In this document: positions 24,448 through 36,640 of the stretch, one piece after another | Layout of the letters: each line of letters starts with the position of its first letter | Position numbering within the stretch: the first letter of the stretch is position 1 | Assembly: GCA_027923505.1 (NCBI GenBank) | Contig: BROI01000016.1 | Location: 124,001-188,000 of the forward strand | DNA: 64,000 nucleotides | Direction of reading: 5' to 3' | From: Mayamaea pseudoterrestris | Taxonomy: Eukaryota | The notes under the pieces: generated by a model | What the model was told of the DNA's origin: nothing | Seen by the model: only the letters and a program-made list of their open reading frames with translations | Database searches by the model: none | Program-made: the position numbers and the translations under genes

Positions 24448-26660
24448 TTTGGCTACCGGTAGTCGGTTGCCACAATTTTGTCTGTATAACATACTTAACG
24501 ACATGCTTCATTTTGCTTTTAGTGCTAGCTATGCTTTCGAGTAGACCAAACAGCGATACGCATAGTTAACGCGGCGCCTTTTGACGTGTTACTGTTTTCG
24601 TTTCATCTGCTTGATAAGAGCTTTAGTGGAGTGACGATGCTCTCGTCGAACTTTCGTCAGTCGACTCGCAGAACCCAGAATAGGTAAATGGATAGGCCGC
24701 TCTACCACCAGCTACCCGTACCGAACTGTCGACGAGCTATAAAAAAAGGGTTTATACTGTGTTTTCGTCGATCTGAACATTCCCTGAGGATCGCTATTAT
24801 AACTGCAAATTCAAGCTCATGCATAGCCGCCGCGCCATTGACTGGTTCACCAATATTGAATCCAACGACTCGTCTCTCATCCACTTCCTTTCATCATAAT
24901 ATCAACAGACCTTCGACCCAAAATTGTCGTACTTCTCGTCATGCTCTATATGCGCGCGAACAGGCTACTTGTTTTATCATTTCAATCCAGTGACGAAACA
25001 TCGCAGACCTTCCAATTCTTGTTGCTCCGAGCGCCTCGCCACATTCCGTTGGGTAATTTTGAAGCCAGCTTTTAAAGTCACAACGCCAATGGTGCGATTG
25101 TTGACGGGCAGTTGATTGCGACGCCTCGGTCATATCCAACCGTAGTTTGACGACGACAAAACTCGCATACAATCAGCGACTGACATTCAAGCCATGCCGC
25201 ACCGACCCGTATGCAGCGCATAGGATCCGTAACGACCTGGACTTGTTCGTCTTCATTGATAAATTGTATAGCACAATTGGTGGCGCTTGCGCTCATACTG
25301 ATGCATTGACTGCTCATGAGCTGCCTCTCAACAACTTTGCAAAGGCGTCCAATTCCTTCTCGTTGCACATTGTCCCAGCGTTCCGTGCCACCAACGTCGA
25401 GTGTATGGCTGCGTTGAGTAATCGTTAATCAGGCCGCCGTCGAGGGATCATTTATAATCGCGTTTCAATTCATCTTATGGCACTCGAGGAATATCGCTAA
25501 TTAAGCCATTTCCATCCGAAAAGGTGCTACAGTAACACCGCCAAAGCATCATACAGCTCTGTTCAATGCTCACTCCTTTTAAAAAGAAAGCGTTTGCCAC
25601 TTTTCGTGCCGGAGCAGCAGCGTTGTACAAGTAGTCCGGTATTATAATTGTGAATGAGAAAGGCATCATTTCCCGGAAGTGTGCGGCATCTCGGCAAGAC
25701 CGAGCGTGACAAACTATAGCCACTAAACGTCTTGGTCGAGCTTTGATTGGAGTCTCTCTCGTCAATACTCCATTTAGCAAAAGTGCGAAAGCCAGCTATC
25801 AGCAGCACGCCACTGGCGACACACCCGACGACAGTGTATCCACTCGATTAGTCCCAGCGCATGAATGCTGCGGAACCATTTGCAGCGCCCAGTTTCGTGA
25901 CCTCGTCCAACGGTGTTTTGATGGCGAACGTGATTGCAAAAGGAAATCGTCCGCCCTCCGTCCCTTTGCGCATTGTTGTCGTCGTCCTCCATCAATGCAT
26001 GGAACAACGTATAAAGTTTTTGCTGCTTCGAGTTGATCGTCGCCTTCGCATCATGCACTAGCATCGCACGGTGCAGCTGCGGCCATTGACAGTCGGCCAT
26101 TCCATAATCGACGCTGCTTAAGAGACAAAGGAAAATCCATTGCTTCGTCTTTCCATCAATCGCGTCACCCTTGAGCTCCGCTCTTTTGTAAAAAATCGGC
26201 GGATGAAATTTGCTCGCATTTGCAAATCTCCAAATATATCGCCGCTGTGCATCTTTTCGGAGTCAAATAAAAGCCCGAGTGGATTGGCACGACGGTAGCC
26301 GGTCGTTCATCAGACTACAAAATTCAATACCATCAGTCTCGCAATATAGGCTAGACTAAAGATAGCAGTTCAGGTCAGGACGCATGACAACTATGTTAAT
26401 TGCTGCTCGTTCATCAGCCATCAGTCAGCAGTAAGATCACTCCACTCAATCACCGTCAAGCAAATGCTGTCGTCATGGAAAAGCCATTTGGCCGCGGAAA
26501 GAACAGCAATTCAGCTCACAATTCAAGTCGACTCTCAGCATGATTAGATATTCAAGCATTCAACAATTGGGAAGGGCCAGTTGTGAGAGATTCGGCGGAA
26601 GGAAAACTCCATGGTGGTCGCGACATGCAGCACGATGATCTCAACTGCTTCGAGTACACC

Positions 26661-27023
26661 ATTCTGATAGTGCACGTCATGAGGCAATAGTACGAAACGA
26701 GTGCCAGTGTCAATTACGCCATAAGGCTATAATACGAAACAAGTGCCAGTGAAAACTACGTCATAAGGCTATATTGCGAAACAAGTGCCAGTGATAACTG
26801 CGTCACAAGGCAATAGTGCGAAACGAGTGCCAGTGAAAACTACGTCACAGAACAATTGTGCGAAACGAGTGCCAGTGAAAACTACGTCACGAGGCAATAG
26901 TACGAAACGACTGCCTGTGTCAATTACGTCATAGGGCGATAATACGAAACGAGTGCCAGTGTCAATTACGTCACTATGGCAATAGTTGGAAACGAGTGCC
27001 AGTGTCAATTACGTCACAAGGCA
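26661..27023. repeat. 42-bp minisatellite array, locus A (~8 units; consensus GGCAATAGTACGAAACGAGTGCCAGTGTCAATTACGTCATAA)
   Basis: Period visible directly; homologous arrays at ~31.7 kb and ~50.5 kb. Confidence 0.93.
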
Positions 27024-27320
27024 TAAGTATGATACGAGTCTCATTAGCCGTTGTGTACTTATTGCTTCACAGTCCAATCGGGGTACGACGTTGCCTCATG
27101 GAACGAGTCGACGAGCCATCGGCTATCATATCTGCCATGGATGAGACCGATGCAAGAAGGTATCGACGTCGCTTATAACAATCTACATACCCGAACAGTC
27201 GTTGAATGCATGACTTGCTTAACGATAGAACTATAATACAAGAGTTGCAACGAACGAAAGGAAGGTTCCGCCGTCAAGCAACGGACGGATTGCCCTCTGA
27301 TTTGCAATCATTTTGCTACA

Positions 27321-29933
27321 ATGAAGGAATCGCATTTTCTCTCGCGAAGCGTTCATAATCACAACCTCAGTAGCAGCAGCAGCAATGATAACAACGAGTC
27401 AGTCTTGTCAGTCGCGATCAAGAGACTACTCGCATCGCCCTTTGCACTGGCCATTTTGCTCACCATGAGCTTGGTCATTGCTGGTTACTATCAAGCTGAA
27501 ACGATTCATCAGCAGCAAGAGTATGCAAATGACAGTCAAGAAAACACTGACAGTTTGTCGAATCTATTTTCAGCTGCCGGCTTGTCAGTGACATTGATTC
27601 ACAGTCATTCAAAAGCGAGCGACTCTTTCATGAAAATTCCCAAAGGCGTGCACGTCATGACAGCAGCATCTCACGGCGAATCGCACTTGAACAATCATTG
27701 CCCACTGGCAAGGGAGCGGTATCAGGAACTAACCATGCTGCTGCAAAACGAAGTGGCAAATGGAGCTTCATCGTCCAAGGCTGTCGTTGCCACGCAGTTG
27801 CAGCACGAGCTGGTCAAATACTGCAGCATCAAGAGCATTTTGCTGAATGAGCAGCAGCAACAGCCGCAACGAACCAACTACAACCAGAAACATCAGCAAC
27901 TGGCAATCTACATGGACACGAGCGACTCGTCATCCGCGCAGTGGTTGATTGACTTGGAGGACTTGCTTCAACTCATGTTTGCGAATGCAGCGAAACAAGA
28001 CGCAATATCAACAATGAATTCCATTGTTATTGCCGCCGATCCTCGCTACCACTCTAACGCCATTCACGCTGGATCATTGCTGGTTTTGCACGAGTCGCAT
28101 GCTTTGATTCCTCAGGAAATGCTCACGTTTTTAAGTGAGACTCCATTGTCAAAACTCCTGCAGCATCCACATCTTGTGGGTCGCAGATTGAACGAGCTTT
28201 TATCGGCTGCGACGATGCAAAGCAATGGCAACAATCAACCATCGAACCTGATATTCTGGCAGCAAACTTGTCACTTTGGCGTCATTAATGCATCGGCGTG
28301 CCAATCATACGCATCCTGTCCCGACTCGTATCCGTACTGCTGTTCTGTTCTAGAACCAAGCTCAAAGCAAGTCGTGCTGCTGCAAAAGCATCCCATGATA
28401 CCCTACACGCCCGAGTTAAAACAAACCGACATTGATAAATTACCGGTTCCATACAATTTACAAGCGCTGGCAACATTTTCCAGCCCAGTGACAGCAATCA
28501 ACGTCGACGACATGGCTTATCTTGCCACCATTGGCGAGCACAGCAATCCAAAACCAACGCAGCAATTACCAATACCAAAGAATTTGTTCGACATTTTACG
28601 AGACACCAAGCGACTACCCACCGCCAGCTGCCTTCAGTGCATGCATTTGAAAAAGTGCCCAGTTAAAGACATGTATAAGCGATGTGTCGACTACTTTGAA
28701 ACGCTCTGCACAACGCCAGTGCCAGAAAAGTTTGTTTCCAAGCAATGGACCGTATCTTTGCCGCGACAGAGTCGCGACATGACTCGCCTCATTCCACGAA
28801 TTGTTCATCAAACTTGGTACGAAACACTCGACAAGGAGGACTATCCAAACATGTCGCGACTCCAGGAATCCTTTCGACAATCGGGGTGGGAGTATCGATT
28901 CTATACTGACGAAGATGCCGTCGCGTTTCTCGCGACCCACTTTCCACCCGAAGTGCTGGAAGTTTACAAAAAACTGATACCAGGAGCATTCAAGGCTGAC
29001 TTGTTTCGGTACTGCGCCTTGTTGATTCACGGAGGCGTCTATGCCGACGTTGATATCTTGTTGGAAAGCAACTTGGATTACGCCGTTGCACCGGACGTTG
29101 GTTTCATGGTCCCCATGGATCAACCTGATGCCTGTGTATGGCAAGGCTTTATTGCGGCGGCGCCTGGACATTCATTCTTGGCGCAGGCGATTGAAACTGT
29201 TGTCAACCAAGTGCGGAATCGCTACACGAGCATTGACTTGGATGCGAGCTTTTGCAACGAGGCGGCGCCATTGCAACATGTCGACGACAGCAGCGACAGC
29301 ATCAAGGGCAACATCAACTACAAGGTGTTGCACATGTTCGACGTTTTATTTACGGCTGGTCCATGCTTGCTTGGTGCTAGCATGAATCGCGTCTTGGGTC
29401 GGCATGGTCAGCAGCCGTGGGAGCCTGGTAACGTTAAATCGATTGGCGACGAGTCGAACAATCACTACATTCCCGGCCGGACCGTCATTTTGAAACAAAA
29501 CAAATGGGACATGGCGGGGCATCGTTTCACATTGGTGGAGGAGAATCTGATTGTTGCGGCAACTGACTTGGAGAATAGCGACGATCGAGCAAACGCCAAG
29601 TTAGCAGCAGAGTTGAAAAAGCAAGAATTGGATGAGAAGGAAGACGAGGACGTTGACGAAGATGGCAGCGTAGACGAGGAAGGAACCGACGACGAGAGTG
29701 AGGAAAAGGATGAACCGAAGGAAGAAATGACCCAAGTGGCAGAAGAGGCGACGGCAGTTAAAAAGCAAGGTGGCGAGCATTACAGCAAGGCACACGCCAA
29801 GACTGGAATTTACGGTCAAGTGGGCTTGTATGTAGATCAAGTCCGCGCCAATGAGGAGGTTCGAATCTTCGTCGACCATCTTGCTCTTCCAGCCACTTGG
29901 GATGGATCGACCCATAATGTGAGAGTTCAGTAA
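27321..29933 (+). CDS. Glycosyltransferase family 32 (DXD sugar-binding, OCH1-like) type II membrane protein
   Basis: N-terminal TM; IPRIVHQTW, GWEYRFYTD, KADLFRYCALLIHGGVYADVD, AAAPGHSFL and FTAGP motifs. Confidence 0.88.
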   Translation: MKESHFLSRSVHNHNLSSSSSNDNNESVLSVAIKRLLASPFALAILLTMSLVIAGYYQAETIHQQQEYANDSQENTDSLSNLFSAAGLSVTLIHSHSKASDSFMKIPKGVHVMTAASHGESHLNNHCPLARERYQELTMLLQNEVANGASSSKAVVATQLQHELVKYCSIKSILLNEQQQQPQRTNYNQKHQQLAIYMDTSDSSSAQWLIDLEDLLQLMFANAAKQDAISTMNSIVIAADPRYHSNAIHAGSLLVLHESHALIPQEMLTFLSETPLSKLLQHPHLVGRRLNELLSAATMQSNGNNQPSNLIFWQQTCHFGVINASACQSYASCPDSYPYCCSVLEPSSKQVVLLQKHPMIPYTPELKQTDIDKLPVPYNLQALATFSSPVTAINVDDMAYLATIGEHSNPKPTQQLPIPKNLFDILRDTKRLPTASCLQCMHLKKCPVKDMYKRCVDYFETLCTTPVPEKFVSKQWTVSLPRQSRDMTRLIPRIVHQTWYETLDKEDYPNMSRLQESFRQSGWEYRFYTDEDAVAFLATHFPPEVLEVYKKLIPGAFKADLFRYCALLIHGGVYADVDILLESNLDYAVAPDVGFMVPMDQPDACVWQGFIAAAPGHSFLAQAIETVVNQVRNRYTSIDLDASFCNEAAPLQHVDDSSDSIKGNINYKVLHMFDVLFTAGPCLLGASMNRVLGRHGQQPWEPGNVKSIGDESNNHYIPGRTVILKQNKWDMAGHRFTLVEENLIVAATDLENSDDRANAKLAAELKKQELDEKEDEDVDEDGSVDEEGTDDESEEKDEPKEEMTQVAEEATAVKKQGGEHYSKAHAKTGIYGQVGLYVDQVRANEEVRIFVDHLALPATWDGSTHNVRVQ

Positions 29934-30069
29934 ACATGACGAGCATGGACGTTACCTCCAAAGCAGAAGCATAAGATAGAGTTGAATGGACATAAAATGT
30001 ACATGCGTACTCCTAGTAAATCAGTTACTGACAAATACGCATAGCTATTTCATCCGCAATCGTTCATCA

Positions 30070-31539
30070 TTATTTTGAGGCAAACTCCTCCACATAAATC
30101 GTCTGACACTCCTTCTTTAGTATCCGATGCACCTCCTTCGATTCCGGCCGGTCCATTGGATTTCGTTTCCAAGAGCGTCTCAAGAGCGCCTGCAATTCGT
30201 CGCTCCAGGAAGCATCCATTTCGGGTCGTTCATTGTTTCGAATCACCTTGTCGCGATGTTCTTCCACTGGCATGTAAGCAAACGCTTTGCTTAACGTGAG
30301 CACTTCCCAGAGCAATATTGCAAAAGAGTAGACGTCTGCCGATAGTGAGTACGGCTCCGATAATGCGACCTCCTGCAGCAAAGGCCAAGTGCATATGGGT
30401 GAGTGTGCATTACAACAAGCCAGTCACTGCTGACACAATCAGCTATCAACAAGAGTGTGCGTACCGGCGCCATGAATCTTCTTGATCCGGTTCCACCCGA
30501 CATTAAATACAAGTTGTTGCCATTCTTTTGCTTTGGATCGAGTTCTGCGTACGAGTATAAACGGCAAATGCTGGACAATCAGAGTCTGCATTCAGGAAAA
30601 CAAGTCCACAAAGTCATCACACGAACCTTTCGCCAATCCGAAATCGAATAGTTTGACTTGTCCATTATGATCAAAACCAACGTTATCAGGTTTCAGGTCA
30701 CGAAACAGTAGCTTCACTTGGTGTAAATGCTTCAACGCGCTCGCAATGTCAACGCAAATCAACAGTCGCTGCAAGTACAATGCCTTGGCGCGCTTGACGT
30801 TTCCAAGATTGCGCTTGAGCAGTTCCGCCCAAACGTCCATGCGTCGATCCAGTGTATCCACCAGTCGATCAATGACGATAAAGTAACCAGCGCGATCTGC
30901 AAGAGAAAATCCCGCCGCACCCGCTCGACACACGGCGTGTATGCGAATCAAATGTGAATGCGCATGATTGGCGGAGAGGGCGCACAAGTACTTTGCCTCC
31001 ATGAGCAAGTCGGCGGCTCCGTTGCAAAACTCCTCGGAAACTGTCATGGAGGAATCGGATAGAAACTTGATGGCAAGTTGCTGCGTCGACGTTGTTTGAA
31101 CAAGCTGTAGCAGTGCGGAAGAAGTGTTTGCGTCACCAGTACTACCGGTAGCATTTATTGCATTAACATCCTTTGGTAGATTCAATTCATAGACACTGTT
31201 GAAACCTCCCTTGCCAAGCAGCTCGCCAACATAAGGCATAACGTCGTTCCGATCGACCGTCAAGATTTTGGCTTCCTCGGCCAGTAGCGTCGATCGCTTG
31301 CTCATTTCCTCATGGACACGCGACGCATACCGACTTGCCTTTTGGCAAACGATTGGATCAAGGGCTTGCTTGAGTGGTTTCAATGAATAGTTGTTGTGAT
31401 GATAGTGCTTGATGTTACCGTCACTGCCGTCAAATTCTGTGGTAGAAGATGGAATGCTTGTAATCGTTTCCTCCGGCAGGGACGACGACTGCAAAGGACT
31501 CCGAGAAGTTGAAGCTGGCGTAGCAATGGCACTCGTCAT
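30070..31539 (-). CDS. Protein kinase (TKL-like); exons 31539-30627, 30544-30465, 30372-30070
   Basis: LGKGGF, AIK, FRDLKPDN, DFGLAKE, GSRRFMAPE and DVYSFAILLWE joined by two in-frame GT-AG introns. Confidence 0.92.
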
Positions 31540-31674
31540 GACTATAATGTATGAATTACAACACCAAAGAGTGTAACAGGACGATGGAAGGATGCGTTCA
31601 GCGCCGGATTGGAAGTCGTCGAAGCGGCGTCACGCCATGGTCATTACGTTTGCGGAGGCACATTTTGCACAATT

Positions 31675-31825
31675 ATTCTGATAGAGTACGTCATAAGGCA
31701 ATAGTGTGAACCGAGTGCCAGTGTCAATTACGCCATAAGGCTTTAGTACGAAACAAGTGCCAATGAAAACTACGTCATAAGGCAATAATACGAAACGAGT
31801 GCCAGTGTCAATTACGTCATTAGCC
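31675..31825. repeat. 42-bp minisatellite array, locus B (~3.5 units)
   Basis: Same unit as locus A; shares the left flank ATTCTGATAG with locus A. Confidence 0.9.
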
Positions 31826-31865
31826 ATAAGCTTGACTGTACACAAACGATTACCACTGTGTACAA

Positions 31866-31985
31866 AAGTGTAGTGCCAAAAACTTTGATTTTCGGACTGT
31901 GATGTGAAGTGTACTGCCAAAAACTTTGATTTTCAAAGTTATTGGCACTGTCAGGTAAAGTGTACTGCCAAATACGTTGATTCTC
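31866..31985 (+). repeat. Companion 28-bp motif AAGTGTAGTGCCAAAAACTTTGATTTTC x3 (starts 31866, 31907, 31958) with an inverted partial copy forming a hairpin
   Basis: Directly visible; reverse-complement copies at 50811-50884. Confidence 0.8.
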
Positions 31986-32019
31986 ACGACACAAATCACC
32001 ATGGCGCGCACCCTCGACA

Positions 32020-34061
32020 ATGCCGTCCAAGAAAGCCACACAACAACTACTCGACGCTCGTCGTTTCACTGTAATATTACATGTTACTTGTCTATTACTA
32101 ATTTCAGTCACTTGCCATGCAGACTATCACAAATATCAGCATGAACCAACAGGATTTCCACCCGATGATTACAGCGAAGAGTGCAGCATCTACCTTGCGC
32201 CGTCCACCATTCCAGGCGCTGGTCTTGGCATGTTTTCCGGCAAGAATTACAAGGAGAATGACTTTTTGACGTCAGGAGACTTGCTCGTTCCATTGATTGA
32301 CCTTCAGGCGCACAATGGCGACATTGACATACATGACTTGGTGCTGCAATCATACTACTGGCTGACATACTCCATGCCGGCCTTTATGCAATCGGAAGCT
32401 TCCCATACACTTGCCTTCAGTCCAGGCGCAGGCGCTGCTCTCAATTGCTTCTTTCCATTGATTAACACGCAAGCATGGGAGGAAGAGACTCTCTTTGGTC
32501 AGGAGGGCTTGCATCGCTCCAACGATCCAGGCGTTGGAGCGTTTTCGCCCTACTACAATCGAACCACTTACGCGACGCGCGACATCAAAGGAGGCGAGGA
32601 GCTATTTACAGACTATGGACCAGCCTACTTTACGACGCAGGAAGACGTGTTTGGCAAGATTCCCTTGCTGGATACTATTCCACAGACGGATGCCTTGCTT
32701 CGAGCGTTTGTCAAGATGCGCGACAAGATATTGCCGCTAGTGGCGCACCATGCGACGAACAGCGACGACAATCAACAAACGTTTCAAAAGGATTGGTACA
32801 ATTTGATCACGTCACTATCAGCGACATGGCCGAGTCGTGTCTTGAACGGATTGCCCCGTACGGCCGACGACGTTGATCGACTCGCGCAAACAAGTGTTAC
32901 CTGGCGCGACTATAATCAGTCCGTCAAAACCATTGACTGGCTCGAAACGCATGGACGATGCATGGACAATATATATCCGGCTCGCTCATTGATAAATCAA
33001 GCTGGTCGAGGAGCGTTCGCCAAGCGCAAAATACCCTTGGGCAGCCTGGTGGCGCCTGCGCCATTGGTGCACCTGGATGTGCGCGTGTTGCAAATGTATC
33101 CCGGCCAAGTCGTTACTGATGAAGACGATGACGACGACAAGGAAGATGCAGATTTGCACGACCATTCGACTGACTTCCAGGCCGATCTCTCGAAACCATT
33201 TCGTCATTATCAATTGCTTTTAAACTATTGCTTTGGACGCGCCGGTGAGTCGAGTGTTTTGCTTTGCCCGTACGGCATGATGACTGGATTGATCAATCAT
33301 GCGCGCGGAAACAAGGCTAACGCCAAGATTGTATGGAATGAAGACTTTTCGCCGCATTTTGAGTGGAAGGAGCAGCCGCTGCAGCAGTGGATCTACAATG
33401 ATGTTACGGGGCTGGCGTTTGACTTTGTCGCAACCAGAGGTAAGCGAACCATTACGAATGGCTCGGTGAATACTTTACAGCGTTTGACAGCGATATCGCA
33501 TAACCAATTTTGTCGTGTACGCATTCAGACATTGAACCAGGCGAAGAGGTGGTGATTGACTATGGCGAACAATGGCAAGCCGCGTGGGACGATCACGTGC
33601 AGCGCTGGAAGCCTCCCGGACGCGCGGACACGTACCAATCAGCTGTGGAACTTAACGATGACGTGAGTCACGTCATTCGGATGAGCAAGGAAGGACTGTA
33701 TCAATACGTCAATGTCTTGTGCCATGAATGGTACCGACACGTCCAGGGTCATCGCGTCATTACGTCGGACGAAGACGATTCAACGACTACTACAATCAAT
33801 TGCCAAGCAACGAGTCGTCGAAAGACCGCCAATGGTGAAATTCGTTACACTGCCGAGCTGTACAGGCACATTACTGGTGTCGACAAGTGCCAGCAAGTTT
33901 TGATTGGAATTCTATTCGACCTTCCTCGTCAGGCTTTCGTATTCGAAGATTTGCCATATACCAGAGATTTGCACCAGTCTTGGGCGTTTCGACATGTTAT
34001 GCAAATTCCAGACGAACTTATGCCGGACATATGGAAAGATTTGAAGATACAGAGTGGATGA
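32020..34061 (+). CDS. Signal-peptide-bearing protein with two SET-like domains; intron 33440-33528
   Basis: Hydrophobic N-terminus; CSIYLAPSTIPGAGLGMF...ATRDIKGGEELFTDYG; second domain AGRGAFAKR...LINH...ATRDIEPGEEVVIDYG after splicing. Confidence 0.85.
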
Positions 34062-34348
34062 AAGATGCGGCCTGATACATTTGAAGCAAGAGACGATCAT
34101 TTAACATGATATAGTTTTAGCTCAAGTATGTTACCGCTGCATATACAAATGGTATTGAATGTATGTTTCACCTGCAACATCGTTCGATAAATACACGGGT
34201 TTCTGCGAGCAAAGTTTCCTCCAGCCTGTTGCGAATGCGTATAGGAATGTTTTTGATGGTGTTGTGTCGAAATCAATACGAAAACGCTTCACTCATATAA
34301 TATAAATGTAACGCATCATCTTTATTCGGAACTTTAGTTCTATTGCTT

Positions 34349-35983
34349 TTATCGTTTCGCCTTATAATGATCAAGATAAGCTCCGTCTGGATCTCTCGAC
34401 TGCGTCTGGCGGATCGACCGAGTTCTGTAAGCACTCTCTTGGCCTGACCGAGATTCTGATGTTTCCGGCGAACGAACTCTGCGAGGCAACGAGTCCTTGC
34501 TAGTGTAGCTACACTCTGGCTCGTCCAATTCCTCGCGAACCTTTTCCAACCTACTCGTCGCAGCAACATGGAGGCGCCGTCGAGACCTCATGGCGCGCGA
34601 TTTCGAGGATCGTTGCTGCGGCGGAAGGATCATGTCCATGACGTTGTATCCAAGACAAAAACAAGCTTCCTGCTGACCTTCCAAGGTTCCATAAGTAACG
34701 GTTGTTGCATCATCATTATAATCATTGTGCCGCGAATACTGCTCCTCCGCTTCTGATTGTTCAATTTCGAGCCATTGGTCGCTGTACGGTGCGTGCTTGC
34801 CGTGAGTCGCTTGACGCAACTCGTCATAGATACTCCGGGGAGAGCCATGCCCAGCTGCTGCCTTGCGGTCCATCGTCTTTGGAGTCGGACGATTGTAGCG
34901 ACTTGCCGATTGTGGTCCGTCCTCCAAGAACACGTCTTCGTCGCGGTACGTTCGGTTTCGATGAATCAATTGTGGATGAGCAGAAGGAGCGACAGAGCTT
35001 GCGTCGGACATGAGACTAAAAGTTCCGCTGTCGCACATGTCAATGGCGTAGTCTCTCGATTCAGTGTGCCCAACCATCATGCGACCATGCTTGATTGGAT
35101 GCATTCCTGGCTTGACGCGGGGCAATGGCTTGCTCTCCAGCTTGTTTCGTTCCATTTCACTCTTGAGCGATCGCTGCCAAGCTTCAGCCATATTGAACTC
35201 AAGGCCATGCGAGTGCACGATGGGAGACGAGGGCTGCTCCTTGATCCGAGTCGAACTACTGGTAGGCGGCGGTGGCGGAGGAGGAGTGATGGCACGAACG
35301 GACACTCTTTTAGTGGGCTTCTTGTTCGCCGCCGTCTCCAGCTGCTTAATCATTCCTTTTTCAATTGCATTCAGCTGCTCAAAATTGTCAAGCGGAAGCG
35401 TATGGTATAAAGTATCTGGTTCTCGCTTTGAGGCAACTGCGACAGTCATTTCAGGTCTCTCATTTTCATTTGGGACATTTGCCGCCTCGACATCTTCTCC
35501 GTTCGATTCAGGAACATTGATTTCTGCACGAAAGTCTTCTTCCAGATCTTGCGTCTCCGCATAGGAATCGTCAACCTCATCGTCAGCATCCTCGTCAAAA
35601 GTGCCGCTTCGGACACTGATGGAATGCTCGTCGTCTTCAATCAAATTGACGTGGAGTGCCTGAAGACTTTGCGATGCCTCCTCCACCTCGAAATCTTCGC
35701 TTTCCTCTTCATCCAGCGTTTCATTGGTATTGGAATCGAAAGACTCTTCTCCGTCAAGCTCGAGCGCTTCTTCGTCGTCGTCATCTTCGTCATCATCGTC
35801 ATCCTCCTCCAAATCTTCTTCCTCGTCGTCCTCGTCAAACTCATGCTCGGTTTCTTCGACAGTCTCTTCATCGTCATAATCATCCGGTCCCATTTCCTCT
35901 TGATTCGTCGTCATGTCGGGAGGAAGCATGACGTCCATGCTGTCCTCGGACGGTTGGCTGGTGAGGTCAATTGCAGCGATCAT
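34349..35983 (-). CDS. Hypothetical protein with a highly acidic N-terminal region, predicted disordered
   Basis: Long ORF with D/E tracts and a poly-Pro run; no recognisable domain; start codon uncertain. Confidence 0.7.
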   Translation of the reverse strand: MIAAIDLTSQPSEDSMDVMLPPDMTTNQEEMGPDDYDDEETVEETEHEFDEDDEEEDLEEDDDDDEDDDDEEALELDGEESFDSNTNETLDEEESEDFEVEEASQSLQALHVNLIEDDEHSISVRSGTFDEDADDEVDDSYAETQDLEEDFRAEINVPESNGEDVEAANVPNENERPEMTVAVASKREPDTLYHTLPLDNFEQLNAIEKGMIKQLETAANKKPTKRVSVRAITPPPPPPPTSSSTRIKEQPSSPIVHSHGLEFNMAEAWQRSLKSEMERNKLESKPLPRVKPGMHPIKHGRMMVGHTESRDYAIDMCDSGTFSLMSDASSVAPSAHPQLIHRNRTYRDEDVFLEDGPQSASRYNRPTPKTMDRKAAAGHGSPRSIYDELRQATHGKHAPYSDQWLEIEQSEAEEQYSRHNDYNDDATTVTYGTLEGQQEACFCLGYNVMDMILPPQQRSSKSRAMRSRRRLHVAATSRLEKVREELDEPECSYTSKDSLPRRVRSPETSESRSGQESAYRTRSIRQTQSRDPDGAYLDHYKAKR

Positions 35984-36640
35984 GTTGTGTCTATCGCGAG
36001 CGACCAGTGCAGTCGTCTTGCATAAAATGAGGCTTTCCATCCAGCAGGATCCGATGCTCGAGCCGTTTCTTGACAAAATTTCATGGCGCACTGCGCGAGC
36101 TATCAACGACGCGCGGCAATTCGTCCCATGGAGCCGTTGTGGGATCGCTCACAAGATTTTCGTGCGTTGACTGAAGCTCAAGGCGCACCTAATATTGGAG
36201 CGGTGCGCCAATTTCCATTTCGTGCAGTCGTCACGAATGAAGTCTTCTCGCGCACCCGACAGGAGGTGAGGGCAAGACGATTGACGTAACGGAGGAATGA
36301 CGGTGGTAGAGATTCTCCGACGGTCGGCAAGCTTTGTCGACTCTCGTCTCTTGTTGTCGCGGCCATGATGGGATGCTGGATGCTTGCAGATGCGGCTACT
36401 AGATATACGCGTAAAAAGAGACCTACAAGTGACATGGCTACTAGCTTGAGGATATATTCGTGTAATATTGCATGTTTATAGAGTATATACTAGCGGTGGG
36501 TAGGCAACCTTTGTTCATGCTGCGGAGGATTTGCTACAATCTGCAATCCTTGTGTAATCATTGATTGACCAAACGTATCCTCAAACGCCTTGTTGATACA
36601 ACTTGAAAATATACGCATGTATTCAATCATAAAGGTAGCA

